From assembly GCF_000195755.1 (NCBI RefSeq), contig NC_002937.3, positions 2,280,001-2,312,000 on the forward strand: a DNA stretch of 32,000 bases. The letters are read 5' to 3'. A program made the translations under genes and the position numbers. The notes beneath the pieces are model-generated. The model was not told the origin of the DNA and ran no database searches. It saw nothing but the letters and a program-made list of their open reading frames with translations. The stretch comes from Nitratidesulfovibrio vulgaris str. Hildenborough. GTDB lineage: Bacteria; Desulfobacterota; Desulfovibrionia; Desulfovibrionales; Desulfovibrionaceae. Shown in pieces: positions 25,044 to 32,000 of the stretch. How positions within the stretch are numbered: position 1 is the first letter of the stretch; each line of letters starts with the position of its first letter.

Positions 25044-26767
25044 TACAGCTTCGCCCCTGCCCCAAGAGCTACACACGCGACCAGGACAAGGCGACCACCC
25101 CGGCAGAGACCGTACGCCGGGTGCGCGAACGCCTCGCCTCGCTCGACATCAGCATACTCGCCGAGACGCGCCGGGTGGATGTGGGACGCCTCGGCATCCC
25201 CGTCTTTCTCAGCGTGTGCGGCGCCGATGCCCGTGCCGTGATGCCCACGCGCAAGCAGATGGGCAAGGGTGCCTCGCTGGAACAGGCGCAGGCATCTGCG
25301 CTCATGGAGTTGATGGAGCGTTACAGCTTCTTCACCTTCTGGCGAGACATGCCCGGCATGGTGGAGGCCACATGGTCCGAAGCCCGAAACCGTTTCGGCG
25401 ACGCGCTGATACCCGTCGATGAGATTCTGCACTCCGTGCATGACACCCTTTCCCCCGACGACGCCGTCCGCGCCCTCGACCTGTGGCGCTGGAAGTTCTT
25501 CCCCGCCACGGACATCACCCACGGGCGCGAGGTATGGCTGCCCCTCGACTGGTTCAAGAAGCTTGGTGAGTTCAACGGCTCATCGGCAGGCAACACCGAA
25601 GAGGAGTCCATCCTTCAAGGCAGTTGCGAACTTGTGGAACGCCACGTGTGCTGCCTCATCGACCGCACACAGCCCGAGTTGCCCACCATCGACCCGGCGT
25701 CCCTCGACGACCCTGTGCTGCTTGAACTTGCGGCTGCCTTCGAGCGCAACGGCATCCGGCTGGTGCTCAAGGACTTCTCCATGGGGATGCCCGTGCCTAC
25801 GGTCGGGGCCATCGCATGGGACCCTGCCACCTTCCCCGAACGCTCCGAAATCGTCTACACGGCAGGCACGTCATCCTCTCCGGTGAAGGCAGCCATACGC
25901 GCCGTGACAGAGGTCGCACAGCTTGCGGGCGACTTCTGCACCGGGGCCTGCTACGAGGCCTCGGGGCTTTCCAAATACGAAAGCCTCGACGACATCGCGT
26001 GGCTTGTCGCCGGACCCGTTGTCGCCCTTGACACCCTGCCTTCGGTGGAGACCGACGACATCCGCGACGAACTTGCCGCGCTCTGCGACGGGCTTGCCGC
26101 GACGGGGCACACGCTCTACAGCGTGTCCACCATGAACCCCGATGTCGGCGTCAACACTCATTACAACATCGTGCCCGGGTTCCACTTCCGTGAACGCGAC
26201 CGTAACGCCTCACTGGGGCTGTTCATCGGGCGCATCCTGAGTGAAGAGGCAGACGCCGGCACGGCGCTGGCGGGGCTCTCGGTTCTGGAGGAGCTCTACC
26301 CCGGTGCGCATTTCCTGCCCTTCTTCAAGGGGATGCTGGCACTCAGGGCCGAGTCGCACCACGAGGCCATCAGCTTCTTCGAACAGGCCGAACCGCTGCA
26401 GCCTGAAGCGGACTCTCGCGGTCTGGCGGCCTTCTACGGTGCCTATGTGCGTACCCTGCTCACAGACTGGCAAGGGGCCCTTCCCGGGCTGGACCGTGCC
26501 GTGACCGAATGCCCCGAGATGAAAGAGTACTTCAACCTGCGCGGGGTGTGCCATTTCAAGCTTGGCGACTACGCACAGGCCGCACAGAACTTCGCGCAGG
26601 TACTGCATATCGACAAGGGGGCCGTGGTCGACCTCGCCAATCTCGGCCTGTGCCACAAGTTCATGGGTGACACCGAGAAGGCCGAAGAGCTTCTCTCCGC
26701 CGCACTGGAGATAGACCCCGGCCTCGACTTCGCACGCCGCCATCTGGATGAGATGCGCCAGCCCTGA
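25040..26767 (+). CDS. YcaO-domain protein with C-terminal TPR repeats
   Basis: 575 aa. YcaO N-terminal signature: VDVGRLGIPVFLSVC...RKQMGKGASLEQAQASALMELMERYSFF. The last 150 aa or so are TPR-like (GDYAQAAQNFAQVLHIDKG..., GDTEKAEELLSAALEIDPG). Confidence 0.88.
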   Translation: MIQLRPCPKSYTRDQDKATTPAETVRRVRERLASLDISILAETRRVDVGRLGIPVFLSVCGADARAVMPTRKQMGKGASLEQAQASALMELMERYSFFTFWRDMPGMVEATWSEARNRFGDALIPVDEILHSVHDTLSPDDAVRALDLWRWKFFPATDITHGREVWLPLDWFKKLGEFNGSSAGNTEEESILQGSCELVERHVCCLIDRTQPELPTIDPASLDDPVLLELAAAFERNGIRLVLKDFSMGMPVPTVGAIAWDPATFPERSEIVYTAGTSSSPVKAAIRAVTEVAQLAGDFCTGACYEASGLSKYESLDDIAWLVAGPVVALDTLPSVETDDIRDELAALCDGLAATGHTLYSVSTMNPDVGVNTHYNIVPGFHFRERDRNASLGLFIGRILSEEADAGTALAGLSVLEELYPGAHFLPFFKGMLALRAESHHEAISFFEQAEPLQPEADSRGLAAFYGAYVRTLLTDWQGALPGLDRAVTECPEMKEYFNLRGVCHFKLGDYAQAAQNFAQVLHIDKGAVVDLANLGLCHKFMGDTEKAEELLSAALEIDPGLDFARRHLDEMRQP

Positions 26768-26814
26768 CCCTGTACCTCGGCGTGTAGCCCCTGATACCCG
26801 CACGGATGAAGCAA

Positions 26815-26840
26815 AGAAGGTCGCCCCCGGGCGACCTTCT
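26815..26840. terminator. Stem-loop between convergent genes
   Basis: agaaggtcgcc-cccg-ggcgaccttct is an 11-bp stem. Confidence 0.5.
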
Positions 26841-26913
26841 CTATTGCAACACCGTCCTCCGCACACATCACAAACGCCTGCCTGACGGAGGTCTCAGGCC
26901 ACTCGCGCCAGCA

Positions 26914-29478
26914 CTATCGCTTGTTGGCCTTTTCCTGCGCCTCACGGAACAGCCTGTCCTTGCGCTTTTCGAAGGACAGTGCCGTGCGCAATGCCGCAAG
27001 GCCGAGGGCAAAGAGGCTGAAGAACATGATAAGCAGCTTCTGCACCTGCCACTTTTCCGCGCTGGCAAGCCCCAACGCCCACGAGGCTCCCGCCTTGTCG
27101 CCGTAGTAGATGGACAGGGGAAGCACAACGAGTATGCACAGCAGAATGCCTATCTCCATCCACATGAACGTACGTCCCATGAACAGCGTGAACAGCGTGG
27201 CATCACGGACGATACGCAGGAACTTGAGACGCGATTCGAGCTTCTTGATGCGGTCCATCTCCGTCTCGACGGTCGCCTGCGCCTTCTTGAACGATTCTGC
27301 CGTCTGGAAATGGGTGCGGATGGCCCAGTTGAGGTTGGCTGCGCACTTGTTGTAATCGCGGTTGAATTCGATGAGCAGACTGGGAAAGGGAAACCATGCG
27401 GCCTCGTCCCGAACGCGGGTGAGGCGTTCCATATAGCCCTTGAACCGCTCCTTCAACTCCCTTCCCTCACGGGCGACACGCGCCTGAAGCTCACGTTCGA
27501 TGCTGGCACAGCCATTGATCAGCATCTGGAACGCCACAAAACTCCTGGAATCGGCAATCTGGCGCAACACACCGATGCGTTCGGTGGCATGCAGCGTGAA
27601 CGGATGCTCATCGGGGAACCACGCCCCCACCTCGCCAAGCAGCCTGTCCAGCCCTTGCCTGTCTTCCGCTGCGCGCTTTTCCGCCTCGCCCCACGGAATG
27701 GTCAGGGCTGAAAAGAGTTGCAGGTGCCCCCGTTCGAGTTCGGGGTCGACCAGCAGACGATTGAAGATGGCAGGGTCACGCTGGATGAGATTGAACACAT
27801 GCCCCAGTGCCTGGTCGGCGAAACCCATCTTCACCTGACACACCGTCTGCCTGTATTCCGCGTCAATCCACAGGGGACAGAGACGGACGGCCTGCCTGTA
27901 GCATTCATTGGCCTGCGGATAGCGCCCCTGCATCTCATGCAGCCGCCCTTGCAAGAAATCGTGCCATGCCTGCTGCAACGGGGTGTTGCACAGCGTTGCG
28001 GCCTCTTTCCACAGTGCCAGCGCTCGGGTGGGGTCTCCCCGTTCAAGGGCGATGAACCCCTGAAGGGTTCGAGACCGATAGTCGCGAGGGTTGCGGGCGA
28101 TGACTGGCCCCAGTTCCTTTTCGAGAGGGATGAGGTCGGCACCCGCAAAGCGGTGATAGAGGTCCCATACCGGATTGTCGTCATGAGGGGCCTGTTCTTC
28201 AAGCCCGCGCGGGTAGTCCTTGCCCCGCGCCAGCCACATGCCGGGGATGAAACGAAGCTGTACGGCCGAATTCAGGGCGAAGATGGCGCGCATGAGCACG
28301 CCCTCGGCCCCCGAGGCCCCTGCAAGCTGTGAGAACCCCTCTTCAACACCTGCGGTGAGTGCATCCTCGATGCCCTTGAAACCGGCGTTGATGGTGTCGA
28401 AGTCCATCATCTGCAACGCCGACAGGGCGTCCCGGTCGTTCCCCTTCATATTACGGGTGGGGCATGACGTGGTCTCATGATTGCGCATTCCGCAATAGAA
28501 GCAACCGTGCCCCGTTCCTGCCAGCAGACGCCCCGAAACCAGCAGCGGCAGCATGCCGCCGTTGCCGCCCTCCTCGTCCAGCCCGACATTGCTCCAGTCG
28601 TCCATGCTGGTGTGTTCCACCGAGAAGCGCACATCGTGGATGGTGAACCCCTCACCCAGCAGGTAGGCGTTGCGGTAGCTCATGTGCGGGAAGTCGGGCA
28701 TGAGCTGTTCCCAGTCGACCCGTATCTTCCGAGGCAGTTCATTGTTGAAGTTAAACCCCTTGCGGTCGACGATGACGCTCACACAAGGCCAGTAACGGGT
28801 GGGACGCTGCTCCTTTATCTCGCGGACAAGGTGCAGCAGGTCGCGCACCCAGAGTCTGAACTGGCGCAGGTTGTCCAGTGAGAAGATGAGAAACTGCTCG
28901 TGCAGGATGAACTTGAGCCTGTGCCGCTGCAACACTCCCTCGATTTCGGCGAAGAAATCGCGCCAGCCAGCCTGGAACTTCTTGTCCAGAGGATTGCCGA
29001 GAGGGTGCAATACGGCATACCATCCCAGCGTGGACTGGTAAGGCATGCGCGGGTCTGCACCAAAACCGCTCCATTCGGCATTGGCCATGCCCTGCAACGA
29101 GGCCGTGCGTTCCATGGAGATGCCCGGTATGCCGATGGCCGACTCTCGCGCTCGCCCATGAACCCAGACCGTGAACGACTGCGGGACGAGCACCTCTTGT
29201 GCTGTCAGGGCGCTATCGAGCGAAAGGCCGACCTCGCGCCGCATTCCCAGCAGCAGCTTGGCTGGCAACACCTGTACCGCAACGGGAAGATTGTTGAACT
29301 TCGCCCAGATGTGCAGACGGGCCAGGGCCAGAAAGACATCAGACGAGAAGAAGTACCACAATGCCTGGTCGCGCTCCGCGACCACGGTCATGCCGCCATA
29401 ATCCTGCAATGTCTGCGGCACTGCCGGATTGAGGTCGCCCTGCCAGCATAGCCACAGGGCGATCCCCGACGAGCTCAT
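26914..29478 (-). CDS. Large multidomain protein: unknown N-terminal domains, CCHC zinc knuckle, TPR region, coiled coil, C-terminal 2-TM anchor
   Basis: The ORF runs to 29532. I prefer ATG 29478 (AAGGAA lies 6 nt upstream) because 29532 would overlap the divergent gene. CFYCGMRNHETTSC lies at 28462-28503. TPR-like repeats occupy mid-protein. Hydrophobic helices lie near the C-terminus (EIGILLCILVVLPLSIYY, LLIMFFSLFALGLAALRTAL). Confidence 0.8.
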   Translation of the reverse strand: MSSSGIALWLCWQGDLNPAVPQTLQDYGGMTVVAERDQALWYFFSSDVFLALARLHIWAKFNNLPVAVQVLPAKLLLGMRREVGLSLDSALTAQEVLVPQSFTVWVHGRARESAIGIPGISMERTASLQGMANAEWSGFGADPRMPYQSTLGWYAVLHPLGNPLDKKFQAGWRDFFAEIEGVLQRHRLKFILHEQFLIFSLDNLRQFRLWVRDLLHLVREIKEQRPTRYWPCVSVIVDRKGFNFNNELPRKIRVDWEQLMPDFPHMSYRNAYLLGEGFTIHDVRFSVEHTSMDDWSNVGLDEEGGNGGMLPLLVSGRLLAGTGHGCFYCGMRNHETTSCPTRNMKGNDRDALSALQMMDFDTINAGFKGIEDALTAGVEEGFSQLAGASGAEGVLMRAIFALNSAVQLRFIPGMWLARGKDYPRGLEEQAPHDDNPVWDLYHRFAGADLIPLEKELGPVIARNPRDYRSRTLQGFIALERGDPTRALALWKEAATLCNTPLQQAWHDFLQGRLHEMQGRYPQANECYRQAVRLCPLWIDAEYRQTVCQVKMGFADQALGHVFNLIQRDPAIFNRLLVDPELERGHLQLFSALTIPWGEAEKRAAEDRQGLDRLLGEVGAWFPDEHPFTLHATERIGVLRQIADSRSFVAFQMLINGCASIERELQARVAREGRELKERFKGYMERLTRVRDEAAWFPFPSLLIEFNRDYNKCAANLNWAIRTHFQTAESFKKAQATVETEMDRIKKLESRLKFLRIVRDATLFTLFMGRTFMWMEIGILLCILVVLPLSIYYGDKAGASWALGLASAEKWQVQKLLIMFFSLFALGLAALRTALSFEKRKDRLFREAQEKANKR

Positions 29479-29523
29479 ACGGATTTCCTTGAGCTGGGGA
29501 AGGCGACGTGTCAGGTCGGCTAA

Positions 29524-29925
29524 TTGTGGCATGGCAACTCACTTGCAACGCTGGAGGTCAACTTGGACATCACTCTCACTCTCGCGGAACTCAAAAAGAA
29601 ACCCGGGTTCGCCGATAACGTGGGCATGGTTCTGGTACATAACGGTGTCGTGCGAGGCTGGTCGCGCAAAGACCACGCACCCGTCACCTCTGTTCGCGTC
29701 ACCCCCGACAGGGCACGCATGGACGCCATCTGCCGCGAACTTGAAGCGCGACCCGGCATATTCTGCATACTCGCAGAAGCCGTCGAGGGCGAGTGTCGGC
29801 CCGGTGACGATCTTCTCTTTCTCGTCGTCGCTGGCGACATCCGCGAAAACGTCAAAGCCGTTTTCGCTGAACTTCTCGACAGGATAAAGGCCGAAGCCGT
29901 CATCAAGCAGGAATGCACGGCCTGA
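29524..29925 (+). CDS. MoaE-like (molybdopterin synthase catalytic subunit fold) protein
   Basis: GMVLVHNGVVRG ... LLFLVVAGDIRENVKAVFAELLDRIKAEAVIKQE parallels the MoaE pattern (F.G.VR ... H R..AF.A......LK...PIWKKE) only loosely. The true start may be TTG 29563 after GGAGG (29552-29556). Confidence 0.55.
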   Translation: MWHGNSLATLEVNLDITLTLAELKKKPGFADNVGMVLVHNGVVRGWSRKDHAPVTSVRVTPDRARMDAICRELEARPGIFCILAEAVEGECRPGDDLLFLVVAGDIRENVKAVFAELLDRIKAEAVIKQECTA

Positions 29926-29963
29926 CTCCCCTCGTATCGACACTCCTAACACGTCGAAGCATA

Positions 29964-30000
29964 AAAAGCCCCATGCCGGTACTGCCAGCATGGGGCTTTT
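29964..30000 (+). terminator. Stem-loop terminator
   Basis: aaaagccccatgc-N11-gcatggggctttt is a 13-bp stem whose 3' arm ends in TTTT. Confidence 0.7.
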
Positions 30001-30230
30001 CTTGCAAATACCACACCACCCTGCACATATTATTTTCAAGTATAGAATTGTTGATATAAAGGTATGCGTCCGTGTATGATCCATGCTGAAGCCACCTTGG
30101 CCCCCTGTCCAACGAAGTCGGACAGGGGCCCCCCGATGCAGGGGGCGTGGCATCGCATGCGGCATGAACAGGATTCGCTGACTCTACACATTGCTCACCA
30201 ACGCGCCGTCTCACCGCCTTCGCGTGTGGG

Positions 30231-30971
30231 ATGACGACGCCAGACGGTCACGGGCAGAGAGAGACGCAGATGCACGACGCACCAGTCGCCAGTCGTGGCA
30301 CGGCTGACAAAGGTCAGCACAACGGCTATCGCCGCCCCTGCGCCCTTGCACACGTCTGTGTGTTCGTGACCCTGACCGTATCGTTTCTTCTCGCACATGC
30401 CTTGCCACACAAGGCTTGGAGTAACATACAGACTCCGGCACAGGAGGCCTCGGCGAACGTCCAGACGAGGGCTGCCAGTCCCCCGACTGACCTGCACGCA
30501 GGCACCCCCGACACGCCATCAGCCTCCGCCTCATATGCCGAGGCGAAACCTGCCACGACAGACCGCAAGCGTCGGCATCCGGCAATCGCGCCGGACAGCG
30601 CATACCCCCATGGAATCCCTGACACGCCTGTTGAAGCCATCGTCCTGCGCATCGCCGATGGCGATACCATCATCGTGGACATCCCCGGCTATCCACCCAT
30701 CATCGGCCATCGAATCGCCGTACGGGTGGCAGGTTGCGACACTCCGGAAAGCAACGACCCCCGGCAGGAGATGCGCACCCTCGCCCGGCGCGCCACCTTC
30801 CGTACCCGCGAGATGGCCCCGCCGGGTTGCACCGTGCGCCTTCACAACCTGAAACGTGACAAGTACTTCAGACTTCTCGCCGACGTGGAGACACCAGTTG
30901 GCGACCTCGGCACACACCTCATCGGCGAAGGGCTGGCAAGACCCTACTCCGGCGGACGCAAGACGTGGTGA
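30231..30971 (+). CDS. Staphylococcal-nuclease-like (thermonuclease, SNase fold) protein with an N-terminal membrane anchor
   Basis: The C-terminal domain reads VLRIADGDTIIVDI...RIAVRVAGCDTPES...RDKYFRLLADV...GEGLARPY. The hydrophobic segment is HVCVFVTLTVSFLLAHAL. An alternative start is ATG 30270. Confidence 0.8.
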   Translation: MTTPDGHGQRETQMHDAPVASRGTADKGQHNGYRRPCALAHVCVFVTLTVSFLLAHALPHKAWSNIQTPAQEASANVQTRAASPPTDLHAGTPDTPSASASYAEAKPATTDRKRRHPAIAPDSAYPHGIPDTPVEAIVLRIADGDTIIVDIPGYPPIIGHRIAVRVAGCDTPESNDPRQEMRTLARRATFRTREMAPPGCTVRLHNLKRDKYFRLLADVETPVGDLGTHLIGEGLARPYSGGRKTW

Positions 30972-31240
30972 CCACCGCCACCATCCCGCGCCAGCCATCA
31001 GTCCGCAAGAAAACACCCCCGGTCGCCGACATAGAGGCGGCGCACGCTCATGGCTTACGTGCCGGACAATGCGGGACTGAAACAGTCCACGCGGCCACTT
31101 TCCATGTGCGCAGGGGGCAGGCATCGACGGCGGGTCGACCATGGGCACCGCAGAGGTGCTTCCATATCTCTTCAGGTGCCTCATGACGAACGTAACGACA
31201 TGCCGTTGCAAAAGAACATGTGATCGCAACCAAAAAAAAG

Positions 31241-31269
31241 TTGACGGCCAATTCGAAAATATGTATCAC
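31241..31269 (+). promoter_or_regulatory. Candidate promoter of the RRM gene: TTGACG-17-TATCAC with an upstream A8 tract
   Basis: Read directly, about 100 nt upstream of ATG 31376. Confidence 0.35.
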
Positions 31270-31375
31270 GGACCCATTCATTCACGGCGTTGACTTTTTC
31301 GTCTTGGACTTCGCATGGGCAAAGCTCCGTACCGATAAAGCATCAAGCCGAACTTTTCTTACGGAGCCTTTTTTC

Positions 31376-31645
31376 ATGGCCAAGACTCTCTATGTGGGCA
31401 ACCTGCCCTTCAGCGCTTCTGAAGACGACGTTCGCAGCCTTTTCACCAACTACGGTGAAGTTGTTTCCGTTAAGCTCATCATGGACCGTGAAACCGGTCG
31501 TCCCCGTGGCTTCGGCTTCGTGGAAATGAACGACGGCGACGCTGGCGCTGCCATCGAAGCTCTCGACGGTGCCGATTTCATGGGCCGTGCTCTCCGCGTG
31601 AACGAAGCGCAGGAGCGTGCCCCCCGTCCGAAGCGCGCTTGGTAG
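31376..31645 (+). CDS. RRM-type RNA-binding protein
   Basis: 89 aa. RNP2 is LYVGNL and RNP1 is [12 protein letters not shown] lies 9 nt upstream. Confidence 0.9.
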   Translation: MAKTLYVGNLPFSASEDDVRSLFTNYGEVVSVKLIMDRETGRPRGFGFVEMNDGDAGAAIEALDGADFMGRALRVNEAQERAPRPKRAW

Positions 31646-31665
31646 CGTAGCCTTAAGACATCCAC

Positions 31666-31697
31666 AAGAGGCCCCTTCCTCAGGAACGGGGCCTCTT
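31666..31697 (+). terminator. Stem-loop terminator after the RRM gene
   Basis: aagaggcccc-N12-ggggcctctt is a 10-bp stem followed by tgcactttctt. Confidence 0.65.
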
Positions 31698-31724
31698 TGC
31701 ACTTTCTTGCCTAGGAGGCACTTG

Positions 31725-31988
31725 ATGGCAGCTGACGATCATATTGAAATGGAAGGCGTTGTTGAAGAGGCCCTGCCCGGTACGCTCTTCCGTGTCGTGC
31801 TGGAAAACGGTCACGAAGTTCTCGCGCACCTGTGCGGCAAAATGCGCAAGTTCCGCATCCGCGTCCTTCCCGGTGACAAGGTCACTGTGCATATCTCCCC
31901 TTACGACCTGACCAAGGGCCGCATCGCACGCCGTACGACCACCCCTTCCGGTGGCCCCCGCCCCGCCCGTTCCGGCAACCGTCGCTAG
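31725..31988 (+). CDS. infA: Translation initiation factor IF-1 paralog with a 15-20-aa basic, Pro/Gly-rich C-terminal extension
   Basis: 87 aa with TAGGAGG upstream. The S1-like core is [61 protein letters not shown]. The tail [20 protein letters not shown] is absent from canonical IF-1 of about 72 aa. Confidence 0.88.
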   Translation: MAADDHIEMEGVVEEALPGTLFRVVLENGHEVLAHLCGKMRKFRIRVLPGDKVTVHISPYDLTKGRIARRTTTPSGGPRPARSGNRR

Positions 31989-32000
31989 GTCGCATCACCT

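Overview
G+C-rich window (about two-thirds G+C by eye) whose gene content looks like a Desulfovibrio-type sulfate reducer. From memory, the adh / mltF-like / ridA / tnaA / Trp-permease order resembles D. vulgaris; I could not verify this. Bases 1-14057 are an integrated phage-like element. It ends at a 3' fragment of a tRNA-Gly(CCC) gene and carries a GTG-start tyrosine integrase with arm-type repeats and an excisionase-type HTH gene. A plus-strand operon of small unknown genes follows, controlled by a genetic switch with four GACAA-N-TTGTC operator-like sites. A leftward operon then runs Cro-like, CII-like, P4-type primase-helicase, an iteron-rich candidate origin, TerS-like (with a 4 x 39 bp in-frame repeat), GpA-type TerL and an HTH gene. 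A sharply AT-rich single-gene cassette (2-TM protein, 885-1616) sits beyond that operon's end. No portal, capsid, tail or lysis genes are visible, and the left end lies outside the window. Bases 14.1-16 kb look like a decayed islet: a zinc-ribbon gene, a secreted protein and a transposase C-terminal remnant. Chromosomal genes follow: Fe-alcohol dehydrogenase, MltF-like transglycosylase, ridA-tnaA-(terminator)-Trp permease, YheO-type regulator and tRNA-Gly(GCC). After those come a translationally coupled methyltransferase plus YcaO-TPR pair, a convergent 850+ aa protein with an exact CX2CX4HX4C zinc knuckle, TPRs and a C-terminal 2-TM anchor, a MoaE-like gene, an SNase-like nuclease, an RRM RNA-binding protein and an IF-1 paralog with a basic tail. 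The candidates I rate highest for undescribed biology are the AT-rich cassette, the methyltransferase/YcaO-TPR pair and the zinc-knuckle protein. All family assignments come from reading motifs by eye; no searches were run.
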